DNA of 64,000 nt, from assembly GCA_043819135.1 (NCBI GenBank), contig JBDRFG010000025.1:1-64000 (forward strand), in the 5' to 3' direction. Source of the stretch: Candidatus Eiseniibacteriota bacterium. GTDB lineage: Bacteria > Joyebacterota > Joyebacteria > Joyebacterales > Joyebacteraceae. This document shows positions 54,214 to 63,808 of this stretch, piece by piece (within the stretch, counting starts at the first letter, position 1; the number at the start of each line of letters is the position of its first letter). Position numbers and translations under genes: made by a program. The notes beneath the pieces are model-generated. The model saw only the letters and a program-made list of their open reading frames with translations. It was not told where the DNA came from and searched no databases.

Positions 54214-55260
54214 TTGTCGAGGGAAGAGATCTACAGGCTGACACAGAAAGTGCGTAGCTCCGGCTGAGCGTCGAAACTGGGTCCGGAGGACCTGGCCGAA
54301 GTGCTGTCGAAGCTCCCGCCCATCGTCGACTCGCGGGCGATCGTCTCGTCGGGTACCGTCGACGATGCCGGCGTGTTCCTTCTGAACGACGACACGGCGC
54401 TCGTGGTCACGCTGGATTTCTTCACGCCGATCGTGGACGACGCGCGGGACTACGGACGCATCGCCGCCGCCAACTCGTTGTCCGATGTCTACGCGATGGG
54501 GGGGACGCCGCTCGTCGCTCTCAACATCGTGTGCTTCCCGGACGGAGAGCTTCCGTCGTCGCTGATGGCGGAGATACTCCTGGGGGGGCACGAGAAGGTC
54601 ATGGAGGCAGGCGCTCTCGTGCTGGGTGGCCACTCGGTCAGCGATCGCGAGCTCAAGTTCGGCCTCGCTGTCGTGGGCACCGTGGACCCGAACGCGGTCG
54701 TGACCAACGCCGGCGCGGGAGTCGGCGACACGCTCGTCCTGACGAAGCCCATCGGCGTAGGCGTGCTTGCGACCGCGCTCAAGGAGGACGAGCTCTCCCC
54801 GGACGGTATAGCGGTCATAACCGAGCTCATGGCCACGCTGAACAGAGCGGCCTCGGAGGCAATGACCGAAGCCGGGGCGAGCGCCGCGACCGACGTCACG
54901 GGATTCGGTCTGGTGGGGCACGGCAGCGAAATGGCCGACGCAAGCGGCGTGACACTGGAGATCGCCGTGTCTGACGTCCCGCTCATAGACGGCGCTCTCG
55001 CGGCCCTGGAGAAGGGTCTGGCGCCCGGAGGCCTGTTCTCGAACCAGCACTACTACAGCGCGGTCGTCGAGTGTCGAACTCGAGCAGACGGGCGTACGGT
55101 GGAACTGATGTATGACCCGCAGACCTCGGGCGGTCTTCTCGTCGCCTTGCCCTCGGGCAAGCTCGACGCGTTCGAGCGAGCCCTGAGCGCGAGGGGAGGG
55201 GAGAGCTGGGTCATCGGACGTGTGGTCGAGAGGGGGGACCGCGCGTTGGTCCTGAAGTAG
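54214..55260 (+). CDS. selD: Selenophosphate synthetase, selenocysteine-containing (in-frame UGA at 54265-54267)
   Basis: GGAG SD then TTG at 54214 gives MSREEIYRLTQKVRSSG-U-ASKLGP, in frame with 'DDAGV', 'DFFTP', 'NSLSDVYAMGG', 'GGHS', 'DVTGFG', 'DPQTSGGLL'. Confidence 0.93.
54277..54295 (+). promoter_or_regulatory. Bacterial SECIS stem-loop
   Basis: CUGGGUCC-GGA-GGACCUGG (8 bp including two G-U pairs) starts 10 nt after the UGA and has a G-initiated loop. Confidence 0.75.
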
Positions 55261-55308
55261 GGCTCCGCCGCCCGCGCCTCTCGGATGCGCCCCGCAGCTG
55301 ATTCGTGT

Positions 55309-55406
55309 GGGAATGGATAGGTCCTGGTGGGCCTCGAGGGCTTCAAACCCTCTGTCTGGCGGCTGACCCCGTCCGGGGTGGGTTCGATTCCCACACATTC
55401 CCGCCA
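55309..55406 (+). tRNA. selC: tRNA-Sec (anticodon UCA)
   Basis: GGGAATG/CATTCCC acceptor with G-CCA; 6-bp D-stem with 4-nt loop (AGGTCC-TGGT-GGGCCT); GAGGG-CTTCAAA-CCCTC anticodon arm; long variable arm; GTGGG-TTCGATT-CCCAC T-arm. Confidence 0.95.
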
Positions 55407-55454
55407 ACTTCCTTTCGGTCGCCGCGGTCCAATCCACAGGAAGGGAACGGCAAC

Positions 55455-56426
55455 GTGCGAGCTCTCGTGCTCCTCTCTGGGGGGCTGGACAGCATTCTGG
55501 CGGCGCGTCTACTGCTCGAGCAGGGCGTCGAGGTCACGGGCGTCAGCTTCGAATCCTCCTTCTTCGACGCCCAGAAGGCGCGGGTGAGCGCGCAGGAACT
55601 CGGCATCGAACTCGTCGTGATCGACATCAGCGAGGACGTGCTCGCGATAATCGAGGCTCCCAAGTACGGGTTCGGGAAGAACATGAACCCCTGCATCGAC
55701 TGCCACGCGCTCATGGTAAGGCGCGCGGCCGAGCGCTTGGAGGAACTGGGCGCGTCGTTCATTGCCACCGGTGAGGTCGTGGGCCAGCGGCCGAAGTCTC
55801 AGATGCGCTACGGTCTGGAGGCCGTGGAGCGGGAGTCGAGCCTCAAGGGGTACCTGCTGCGTCCGCTCTCCGCGAAGCTGCTTCGGCCGACCATCCCCGA
55901 GCAGGAAGGGTGGGTCGACCGAGAGCGCCTGCTGGGGCTCCACGGGCGAACCAGGAAGCCCCAGATGGAACTCGCGGAGCGCTTCGGCATTACCACCTAC
56001 GAATCGCCCGCCGGGGGATGTCTCCTCACGGATGAGAATTTCACTCGCGCCATGCACGACCTAAAGGACCACGAGGGTCTCAGCGACACGGGGATCAGGC
56101 TTCTCTCCGTCGGCAGGCAGTTCAGGCTGTCGGATCGGGCGAAGCTCGCGGTGGGGCGAAACCACGCGGAGAACGAGAAGCTGTTCTCGCTCGAACCGTC
56201 CGACGCGCGCTACGTCAAGGCCGTGGCATGCAAGGGGCCCGTCGGCGTCATCACGGGGACGCCGACGCAGGAGGACGAAGAACTCGCCGGTGCGGTCGTC
56301 GCGAGATACGCCGACACGGGCGACGCCGAAAGCATCGCGGTCGAGATAAGGGGCAGCGCGGGGTCGCGCACGATCGAGGTCGCGCCTCTCACGTCGAGGG
56401 AAGTCAGGAGGCTGGCGGTAAAATGA
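55455..56426 (+). CDS. PP-loop tRNA thiouridylase-like protein (ThiI/MnmA-like, no THUMP domain)
   Basis: 'LLSGGLDS', 'NPCIDCH', 'TGEVVGQRPKSQ', 'LRPL', 'AGGCLLTD'. Confidence 0.8.
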   Translation: MRALVLLSGGLDSILAARLLLEQGVEVTGVSFESSFFDAQKARVSAQELGIELVVIDISEDVLAIIEAPKYGFGKNMNPCIDCHALMVRRAAERLEELGASFIATGEVVGQRPKSQMRYGLEAVERESSLKGYLLRPLSAKLLRPTIPEQEGWVDRERLLGLHGRTRKPQMELAERFGITTYESPAGGCLLTDENFTRAMHDLKDHEGLSDTGIRLLSVGRQFRLSDRAKLAVGRNHAENEKLFSLEPSDARYVKAVACKGPVGVITGTPTQEDEELAGAVVARYADTGDAESIAVEIRGSAGSRTIEVAPLTSREVRRLAVK

Positions 56427-56932
56427 CCTGGCGCGCCGGACAGCGAGCGGTCGCACTGACTGCCGTTCTGGCCATGCTCTCTCCAGCGGCCGCCGCAGCC
56501 GCCGGAGAGAGCGTGCCAGAAGGCGTGCCGGGCGAGGCCGACAGGCCCAGCGGCGCGACCGCGATGATCGCCTCGGCGGCCTACCCCGGGCTCGGCCAGC
56601 TGATGAACGGGACGGAGCCGAAGGCCGCCATAGTCAGTGCGGTGGAGGCGTTTCTTGTCGCGGGGATCATCGTCGAAGACAGGCGCGCTCGAAACTCGCT
56701 CCGCCTCTACAAACAGACCAACAGCGACCGTCACTACGATGACTACTCGGAGCATTTCGACAGACGGCAGACGCTGGTCTGGTGGGCGGCCGTTGCCGTG
56801 CTTTACGGTCTGGCGGACGCATACGTGGACGCGCACCTGGCGGGCTTCGAGGCCGGGAGCACCCCTCGCGTGGAGAGTTCGTTCGGAGGGGAAGGCGGCG
56901 AGTTCAGGCTGGGCCTGGCTTTCAGATTCTAG
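56423..56932 (+). CDS. Exported/membrane protein (DUF5683-like)
   Basis: ATGA overlap; signal peptide; 'ASAAYPGLGQL', 'DAYVDAHL'; ends 'LGLAFRF'. Confidence 0.65.
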   Translation: MTWRAGQRAVALTAVLAMLSPAAAAAAGESVPEGVPGEADRPSGATAMIASAAYPGLGQLMNGTEPKAAIVSAVEAFLVAGIIVEDRRARNSLRLYKQTNSDRHYDDYSEHFDRRQTLVWWAAVAVLYGLADAYVDAHLAGFEAGSTPRVESSFGGEGGEFRLGLAFRF

Positions 56933-56981
56933 AGTCTAACCGCGACGTCAGCACTTCAGGCTGACAAGGAGGTAGGCAGGG

Positions 56982-57617
56982 ATGGCGAAGAAGGAAGGTA
57001 CCGGTGCGAAGAAGACGAGGCGGAAGGACGCCTTTCGCGATTTCGTCGAGACGGTCGTCACCGCGGTCGTGCTCGCCCTCATCCTGAGGGCCTTCGTCGT
57101 CCAGACGTTCAGAATACCGTCCGGCTCGATGGAGGACACTCTGCTCGTCGGTGACTTCCTCATCGTCAACAAGTTCATCTACGGCATCAAGATTCCGTTC
57201 ACCGATACTCGCCTGCCCGGCATCCGCGAACCGCTCTACGGTGATGTCATCGTCTTCCAGTACCCGAACCCCGACCCGAGGGCCCGCAAGGAGAACTACG
57301 TCAAGCGCTGCATCGGGACTCCCGGAAACGTCATCGAACTCAAGAACAACATCCTCTACCTGAACGGCGAGCGGAAGGACGAGAGCTTCATCAAGCTCAA
57401 GCCCCCGACGCCGCGCTGGGCCGATTACGGTCCGATCAAGATCCCCGAGGGTTCCCTCTTCATGATGGGGGACAACAGGAACTGGAGTGCCGACAGCCGC
57501 GACTGGGGTTTCATGGACAAGAGCCTCATGAAGGGTAAGGCCGTCGCCATCTACTGGTCCTGGGACGGGAAGCTCAAGCGGCCACGGTTCGAACGGCTCT
57601 TCGACGTGATCCGCTGA
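56982..57617 (+). CDS. lepB: Signal peptidase I
   Basis: 'IPSGSMEDTL', 'YVKRCIG', 'GDNRNWSADSR'. Confidence 0.95.
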   Translation: MAKKEGTGAKKTRRKDAFRDFVETVVTAVVLALILRAFVVQTFRIPSGSMEDTLLVGDFLIVNKFIYGIKIPFTDTRLPGIREPLYGDVIVFQYPNPDPRARKENYVKRCIGTPGNVIELKNNILYLNGERKDESFIKLKPPTPRWADYGPIKIPEGSLFMMGDNRNWSADSRDWGFMDKSLMKGKAVAIYWSWDGKLKRPRFERLFDVIR

Positions 57618-57652
57618 GGGCACAGAACCTATTCTCAGCGCCCCATTTCGGC

Positions 57653-57681
57653 TTGACACGCAACTCAGCTCGCGTTATCTT
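57653..57681 (+). promoter_or_regulatory. Sigma70-type promoter (TTGACA-N17-TATCTT)
   Basis: Immediately upstream of CIRCE and hrcA. Confidence 0.8.
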
Positions 57682-57686
57682 GCGAC

Positions 57687-57713
57687 TTAGCACTCGTATA
57701 GGGAGAGTGCTAA
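57687..57713 (+). promoter_or_regulatory. CIRCE element (HrcA operator)
   Basis: Perfect TTAGCACTC-N9-GAGTGCTAA. Confidence 0.97.
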
Positions 57714-57738
57714 GAGCTGATTCAAGGAGCGAGGCCGC

Positions 57739-58767
57739 GTGCACGGAGCCGAACTAACCGACAGAGAGAGCACAATACTTCAGTCGATCATCGAGGGCTA
57801 CGTCCGCGAGCCGAAGCCCGTCAGTTCGAGTGCGGTTGTGCGCATGAGTTCGGTCAGCCTGAGCTCGGCCACCGTCCGGAACGTCATGCGCGCGTTGGAG
57901 AAGAGGGGGCTGATACTCCAGCCTCACACCTCCGCCGGGCGCATTCCGACCGACCAGGGCTATCGCTACTACGTCGACAATCTGATCAAGCCCGCCCGCC
58001 TCACCGCGAGCGAGCAGGAGGAGATAGGGAACGAGCTGACGACGCTCGTGCACTGCGATCTCGCGACGGTTCTAGCTGGGATCTCTCGCATGGTCAGCGA
58101 GATCTCCGAGGAGATGGCGATAGCCGTCGCTCCTTCCGGAGGCGGCCAGGTCATCGAGCAGGTGTCGCTCGTCACCATCGGCGCGGGTCGCGTTCTTGCC
58201 GTGGTGGCCACCGACGCCGGCCCGACTCGCACCGTCGTTCTCACAACCGACGGGACGTTCCACGAGGTCGAGCTGTCGAACGCAGCGGATATTCTGAACG
58301 ACTGGCTGCGGGGTGTGACGCTCTCCGAAGCTTCCCCGACCATTGAGGCGCGACTTGGGGAACTGGATCCCGCACCGAGCGACTGGCTGGCCGGGCTATT
58401 GGACGGGGCGCGGGTGTTTCTTGCCCCGGGTGGAGGCGAGCGAATACACTACGAAGGCGCGCGGTATATCTTCCGTCACCCGGAGTTCTCGAGCGATGCG
58501 TCGTCGTTGGGAGAGATACTCGACAGCGAGGAGACGCTCGCCGATGTGGTGCGCGGCCCGGCCAAAGCCGCGGAGGTGCGGGTGGTCATCGGGGGAGAGA
58601 ACCTCAGGAGCGGCATGAGCAGGATGTCCCTTGTCGCCGGCACATACAGGATGGGCGGCTCCGCCGCCCGGATGGGCATAATCGGACCGACCAGGATGAG
58701 GTACCCGAGGCTGATAAGCCTCGTCGGCTATGTTTCCAAGGTGCTCGACGACCTGCTCGCGGAGTAG
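57739..58767 (+). CDS. hrcA: Heat-inducible transcription repressor
   Basis: 'LSSATVRN', 'QPHTSAGRIPT..GYRYYVD', 'GIIGPTRMRY'. Confidence 0.95.
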   Translation: MHGAELTDRESTILQSIIEGYVREPKPVSSSAVVRMSSVSLSSATVRNVMRALEKRGLILQPHTSAGRIPTDQGYRYYVDNLIKPARLTASEQEEIGNELTTLVHCDLATVLAGISRMVSEISEEMAIAVAPSGGGQVIEQVSLVTIGAGRVLAVVATDAGPTRTVVLTTDGTFHEVELSNAADILNDWLRGVTLSEASPTIEARLGELDPAPSDWLAGLLDGARVFLAPGGGERIHYEGARYIFRHPEFSSDASSLGEILDSEETLADVVRGPAKAAEVRVVIGGENLRSGMSRMSLVAGTYRMGGSAARMGIIGPTRMRYPRLISLVGYVSKVLDDLLAE

Positions 58768-58863
58768 CGCGCGTCCGACGGCAGGCAGTGCGCCCCGGCA
58801 GTCCCGGGAGGCGCCCGAGGGCATGACACGACGGAACAGACGGAGGGAGTCCGAGTCACTGAC

Positions 58864-59430
58864 ATGACGAAACGGAAGCGCGAAAAAAAGGAACACTCCG
58901 ACGATGCGCTCAGGCGCCGCGAGACCGGCGGCGAGGAGGTCGCCGGAGCGCGCGACAGCGGCCGGGGCGGCACCGATGCCGAGACGGACCTTCTCAAGGC
59001 CGAGGTCGACGAGCTGAACGACAAGTGGCTGAGAGCGCTCGCGGATCTCGACAACTACAGAAGACGCGTCGCGAGGGACAGGAGCAGGTGGTCCGAGGCT
59101 GCGCGCGAGGAGATCATCCTCGACGTCCTGGAGGTCGTGGACAACTTCGAGAGGGCGTTGGCGTGCGAGGACCCGGAGGTCCCCTCCGACGGCGGTTCTC
59201 TCAGAGAGGGCGTCGAACTCATTCTCACGCACCTGACGAACGTTCTCAGGAAACACGGCGTCACGCCCATTGTGACTGACGGTTGCGAGTTCGACCCGAA
59301 CGTCCACGAGGCGGTCGGCTCTGTCGAGACCGGTGAGTGCGGTCCGAATCACGTCGCAGAAGAGACACAGAGGGGATACAAACTGGGAGAACGGCTGCTG
59401 CGATGCTCCAAGGTGATCGTGGCGAAGTGA
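58864..59430 (+). CDS. grpE: Nucleotide exchange factor GrpE
   Basis: 'ADLDNYRRR', 'DNFERAL', 'FDPNVHEA', 'GYKLGERLLR'. Confidence 0.93.
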   Translation: MTKRKREKKEHSDDALRRRETGGEEVAGARDSGRGGTDAETDLLKAEVDELNDKWLRALADLDNYRRRVARDRSRWSEAAREEIILDVLEVVDNFERALACEDPEVPSDGGSLREGVELILTHLTNVLRKHGVTPIVTDGCEFDPNVHEAVGSVETGECGPNHVAEETQRGYKLGERLLRCSKVIVAK

Positions 59431-59507
59431 CACTGAGAAACGCGCCGCTTCCTGGCGGGACAAGAGCGGATTCCGCTCCCGCCGGCGGCTTCTAAGGAGG
59501 AGAACAA

Positions 59508-61442
59508 ATGAGCAAGGTCATAGGAATCGATCTCGGAACGACCAACTCGTGCGTCGCCGTCATGGAGGGCGGCGAGGCGACGGTCATCCCGAACCCCGAG
59601 GGCTCAAGGACGACGCCATCGGTTGTAGCGTTCACGAAGAAGGGGGAGAGGCTCGTCGGGCAGGTTGCAAAGCGCCAGGCCGTGACCAACCCCGAGAACA
59701 CCATCTTCTCCATCAAGAGGTTCATGGGACGGCGCTACGACGAGGTCGGCGAGGAGATTGGCCTGGTCCCGTACAAGGTGATCAAGGACGGGAAGGGGGC
59801 GGTCCGGGTGGAGGCGTTGGGCAAGCAGTACGCGCCGCCCGAGATCTCGGCGATGATCCTCGGCGCAATGAAAAAGACGGCAGAGGAGTACCTCGGTGAG
59901 AAGGTCGAGCAGGCCGTCGTCACCGTGCCCGCCTACTTCAACGACGCTCAGCGGCAGGCGACGAAGGACGCCGGTAAGATCGCGGGCCTCGAGGTCCTTC
60001 GCATCATCAACGAGCCGACCGCCGCGTCGCTGGCCTACGGTCTGGACAAGAAGGGGCAGGAGAAGATAGCGGTCTACGATTTCGGCGGTGGAACGTTTGA
60101 CATCTCGATTCTCGAGATCGACGAGGGCCTGGTCAAGGTGCTTGCGACCAACGGTGACACTCACCTCGGCGGAGACAACCTCGACCAGCGCGTGATCGAC
60201 TGGATCGCCGACGAGTTCAAGAAGGACAACGGCATCGATCTCCGTGGCGACGCCATGGCCCTGCAGCGCCTCAAGGAGGCCGCGGAGAAGGCCAAGAGCG
60301 AGCTGTCGACCACGCTCGAGACCGACATCAACCTGCCGTTCGTCACGGCCGACGCCACGGGTCCGAAGCACCTGACGATGAAGCTGACCCGGGCGAAGCT
60401 CGAGTCGCTCGTCGAGGACTTGATCGAGCGGACGACCGGGCCATGCAGAAAGGCCATCGACGACGCCAAGCTCAAGCTGTCCGACATCGACGAGGTCGTT
60501 CTGGTAGGCGGCACGACGAGGATGCCCGCCGTCCAGGAGAAGGTGAAGTCGATCTTCGGGCGTGAGCCGCACAAGGGTGTGAACCCCGACGAGGTGGTTG
60601 CCCTCGGTGCGGCCATTCAGGGCGCGATCCTCTCCGGCGAGTCGGACGTCAAGGACGTCCTTCTGCTGGACGTCACGCCTCTCTCGCTTGGCATAGAGAC
60701 ACTGGGTGGAGTGATGACCCCGCTGATCGAGCGGAACACGACCATCCCGACGAAGAGGAGCCAGATATTCTCGACGGCCGCAGACAGCCAGCCAGCCGTC
60801 TCGATCCACGTCCTCCAGGGAGAGCGCCCGATGTCGGCGCAGAACCGGACGCTGGGCCGATTCGACCTCGTGGGCATCCCGCCGGCTCCGAGAGGCATGC
60901 CGCAGATCGAGGTGACGTTCGATATCGACGCCAACGGCATCGTCCACGTGTCCGCAAAGGACCTCGGGACCGGCAAGGAACAGAAGATCCGCATCGAGGT
61001 GTCGAGCGGCCTGTCCGAGGACGAGATCGACAACATGGTTCACGACGCCGAGTCACACTCCGCCGAGGATTCCGCGAAGCGGGAGGAGATCGAGCTCCGG
61101 AACCAGGCGGACTCGCTCGTCTACACGACGCAGAAGACGCTCAAGGAGCACGGCGACACGCTCGATGCGGCGGAGAAGTCGAGCATAGAGGGTGCAATAG
61201 AGACGCTCAACGAGACGCTGAAGGAAGGCAACGCCGAGGCCATCAAGCGCGACATGGAAGCGCTGCAGACTGCCTCCTACAAGCTTGCCGAGAAGATGTA
61301 TGCCGGCGCCCAGGCGGGTCAGGGCGCTGCCGAAGGCGGCGGAGCCGCCGGTGGCAGCGCCGCAGGGGCGGCGGGCGCGGGCGCTACGACGGGCGATGAC
61401 GGGGATGCCGTCGACGCCGATTTCGAGGTCGTCGACGACTAG
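59508..61442 (+). CDS. dnaK: Chaperone DnaK
   Basis: 'GIDLGTTNS', 'TVPAYFND', 'DFGGGTFD', C-terminal 'DADFEVVDD'. Confidence 0.98.
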   Translation: MSKVIGIDLGTTNSCVAVMEGGEATVIPNPEGSRTTPSVVAFTKKGERLVGQVAKRQAVTNPENTIFSIKRFMGRRYDEVGEEIGLVPYKVIKDGKGAVRVEALGKQYAPPEISAMILGAMKKTAEEYLGEKVEQAVVTVPAYFNDAQRQATKDAGKIAGLEVLRIINEPTAASLAYGLDKKGQEKIAVYDFGGGTFDISILEIDEGLVKVLATNGDTHLGGDNLDQRVIDWIADEFKKDNGIDLRGDAMALQRLKEAAEKAKSELSTTLETDINLPFVTADATGPKHLTMKLTRAKLESLVEDLIERTTGPCRKAIDDAKLKLSDIDEVVLVGGTTRMPAVQEKVKSIFGREPHKGVNPDEVVALGAAIQGAILSGESDVKDVLLLDVTPLSLGIETLGGVMTPLIERNTTIPTKRSQIFSTAADSQPAVSIHVLQGERPMSAQNRTLGRFDLVGIPPAPRGMPQIEVTFDIDANGIVHVSAKDLGTGKEQKIRIEVSSGLSEDEIDNMVHDAESHSAEDSAKREEIELRNQADSLVYTTQKTLKEHGDTLDAAEKSSIEGAIETLNETLKEGNAEAIKRDMEALQTASYKLAEKMYAGAQAGQGAAEGGGAAGGSAAGAAGAGATTGDDGDAVDADFEVVDD

Positions 61443-61475
61443 CGGAGCGCCGGCCCACACTTGAGAGGAATCAGA

Positions 61476-62609
61476 TTGGCTTCGTCCGAAGACTACTACG
61501 GCGTTCTCGGTGTGGACCGCGATGCGTCCCCCGACGAGATCAAGAAGGCTTACCGGGCGCAGGCGTTCAAGTATCACCCCGATAAGAACAAGGGTGACGA
61601 GGGCGCCGAGGAGAAGTTCAAGCAGGCGACCGAGGCCTTCGAGGTTCTGTCCGATGAGAAGAAGCGGGCTCAGTACGACCAGTTCGGCAAGTCCGCGTTC
61701 GGCGGGGGGCCGCAGGGGTTCCAGGGCGCCCAGGGCTTCGACATGGACGACGCGCTGCGGACGTTCATGGGCGCCTTCGCGGGCGAGAACATCTTCGAGC
61801 AATTGTTTCGGGGTGGTGCGGGCGGCAGGCCCGCGGTCCAGCGCGGCTCCGACATCCGGGTGCGTCTCAAGCTCACCATGGAAGAGATCTCCCAGGGCGT
61901 CACGAAGAAGCTCAAGGTCTCCCGCAACGTATCCTGCGAGAAGTGCGGCGGCTCCGGGGCGAAGCCCGGGACGAAGCCCGTGACGTGCCCCGAGTGTCAC
62001 GGACGGGGGCAGGTCGCGCGCCAGCAGAACCTTGGCATGTTCGGCGCCTTCCAGAGCATAGGACCATGCGGCGGGTGTGCGGGGACCGGCCAGATCATCG
62101 AGCAAAAGTGCGAGAGCTGCGACGGCCTCGGCGTCACGAGAGGCCGGAGCACCATAGAGGTCGAGGTTCCCGCCGGCGTGATGACCGGGAACTTCATCCC
62201 GATGAGGGGAGCCGGCAACGCCGGGCCCCGCGGGGGCGTGGAGGGCGATCTGCACGTGTTGATCGAGGAGATGCCCCACGCGCTCTTTGAACGGCACGGG
62301 GACCACATCTTGCTCGAGTTGCCCGTCTCACTCGACGTGGTCGCCCTGGGCGGCAGTGTCGAGGTGCCCACTCTCGACGGGAAGGCCAAGCTGAAGATAT
62401 CTGCCGGTACGCCCTCAGGCAGCACTCTTCGCATGAGAGGGAAGGGGATTCCCCACCTTCGGGGCAGGGGCACGGGTGACGAACTGGTTCACATCGTCGT
62501 GTGGGTCCCGAAGCGTCCTTCCTCGGAGGAGAAGAAGCTTCTCAAGGAACTTGGAAAGCTGCAGAGGTCCAGTGTTCCGGGGCCTCGGAAGCCCGGACGC
62601 CCGCACTAA
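61476..62609 (+). CDS. dnaJ: Chaperone DnaJ
   Basis: J-domain HPD, G/F-rich region, four CxxCxGxG repeats. Confidence 0.96.
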   Translation: MASSEDYYGVLGVDRDASPDEIKKAYRAQAFKYHPDKNKGDEGAEEKFKQATEAFEVLSDEKKRAQYDQFGKSAFGGGPQGFQGAQGFDMDDALRTFMGAFAGENIFEQLFRGGAGGRPAVQRGSDIRVRLKLTMEEISQGVTKKLKVSRNVSCEKCGGSGAKPGTKPVTCPECHGRGQVARQQNLGMFGAFQSIGPCGGCAGTGQIIEQKCESCDGLGVTRGRSTIEVEVPAGVMTGNFIPMRGAGNAGPRGGVEGDLHVLIEEMPHALFERHGDHILLELPVSLDVVALGGSVEVPTLDGKAKLKISAGTPSGSTLRMRGKGIPHLRGRGTGDELVHIVVWVPKRPSSEEKKLLKELGKLQRSSVPGPRKPGRPH

Positions 62610-62637
62610 TGCTTACGCAGAGCCGGAGGTGAACAGG

Positions 62638-63417
62638 TTGGCCGAGCGTCTTCTCGACGACCCGGGTGTATGGCGAATGGACACGTTCCGCGTGCATCCG
62701 GGCTCGCTCGGCGTGCGGGAAACGGTCATCGACGGGCCGGAGGGCCACCACGCCGTCGATGTCGTCCGCGTGCGTCAGGGCGACATCGTCCGCCTGATAG
62801 ACGGGGAGGGCACGGAGGCCGTCGCACGCGTGGACGCCGCCGAGCGCTCCGAGGCCGCGGTGTCCATAGTTGAGGAACGCTCCCACGCCAGAAGGAGCAG
62901 CGTGCACCTGACGATTGTCCAGGCGCTCCTCAAGGGCAGGGCATTAGACGACGTCGTCAGACGTTGTTCCGAACTGGGTGTCGCCGAGATCGTGCCCGTG
63001 CGAACGTCGAGAAGTATCGGCAAGGTCCCCTCCGACGCCGAGGAGTCCCGGACGACGCGCTGGGAGGCCATCGCCCTGGCAGCCGTCAAGCAGTCAAGAG
63101 GGGTCTTTCTCCCGCGAATAGGCGAGGTTCGAGACCTGGGCGCCGTCAGCGAACTCGTGGTCGACCATGACCGCGCTCTCGTCGCGTGGGAAGAGGAGAC
63201 AGGAGCCAGCCTGAAGCAGGCGCTCGGGATTCCCGCGCCCCGGCGGATTCTCCTCGTGGTGGGGCCTGAGGGTGGTTTGGCGGCAGAGGAGGTGGACGTT
63301 CTCGCGGCCTCCGGGGCCACACCCGTCGGCGTCGGGAGACGAGTGCTCAGGGCCGACTGGGCCGCAGCAGCAGTGTCCGCGATGATATCCTACGAGGTCG
63401 GGGGGTTGCTCCCGTAG
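62638..63417 (+). CDS. rsmE: 16S rRNA m3U1498 methyltransferase
   Basis: 'HHAVDVVRV', 'ELGV', 'VGPEGG', 'VLRA'. Start uncertain (TTG 62638 or ATG 62677). Confidence 0.9.
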   Translation: MAERLLDDPGVWRMDTFRVHPGSLGVRETVIDGPEGHHAVDVVRVRQGDIVRLIDGEGTEAVARVDAAERSEAAVSIVEERSHARRSSVHLTIVQALLKGRALDDVVRRCSELGVAEIVPVRTSRSIGKVPSDAEESRTTRWEAIALAAVKQSRGVFLPRIGEVRDLGAVSELVVDHDRALVAWEEETGASLKQALGIPAPRRILLVVGPEGGLAAEEVDVLAASGATPVGVGRRVLRADWAAAAVSAMISYEVGGLLP

Positions 63418-63434
63418 ACAGCCGCACAAAGCGT

Positions 63435-63463
63435 TTGACATCTCTCCCTGCAAATCGTATCCT
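63435..63463 (+). promoter_or_regulatory. Sigma70-type promoter (TTGACA-N17-TATCCT)
   Basis: Intergenic, about 120 nt upstream of rpsU. Confidence 0.75.
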
Positions 63464-63582
63464 CTGGGGTCTTTACAGCCCTGATCGAATCGTGCGTGCG
63501 GTCGGTGAGTCCGGCCGTCAGCGCTGGGGGTCGTTTTTCAACTTTATCCAGCGTGTCCGGCGCCCGGAGGGGGTGGATATGA

Positions 63583-63783
63583 ATGCCGGGAGTTCGTGTC
63601 AAGGACGGCGAGTCGTTTGAGCGCGCGTTGCGTCGTTTCAAGAAGAGATGCGAGAAAGCAGGTGTGCTTTCCGATCTTCGGAAGCACTCGCACTTCGAGA
63701 AGCCGAGTGAGCGCAAGAAGCGCAAGAGAAGCGCTGCTAAGCGGAAGGTCCGCAAGCTGAAGCTCAAGCAGAACCAGCACTAA
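63583..63783 (+). CDS. rpsU: 30S ribosomal protein S21
   Basis: '[12 protein letters not shown]', 'HFEKPS'. Confidence 0.96.
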   Translation: MPGVRVKDGESFERALRRFKKRCEKAGVLSDLRKHSHFEKPSERKKRKRSAAKRKVRKLKLKQNQH

Positions 63784-63808
63784 TTCGACGTAGATCCAGG
63801 GACCGACA

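Noticed and set aside
55305..55454. N-terminal 50-aa extension of the thiouridylase-like ORF
   Set aside because: Overlaps the tRNA-Sec gene; the real start is most likely the GTG at 55455.
55309..55460. Genomic island integrated at selC
   Set aside because: No integrase, no duplicated tRNA 3' end noticed, and no compositional shift downstream.
59604..61043. 479-aa ORF antisense to dnaK
   Set aside because: Long antisense frames opposite dnaK are a familiar codon-bias artefact; no independent evidence of coding.
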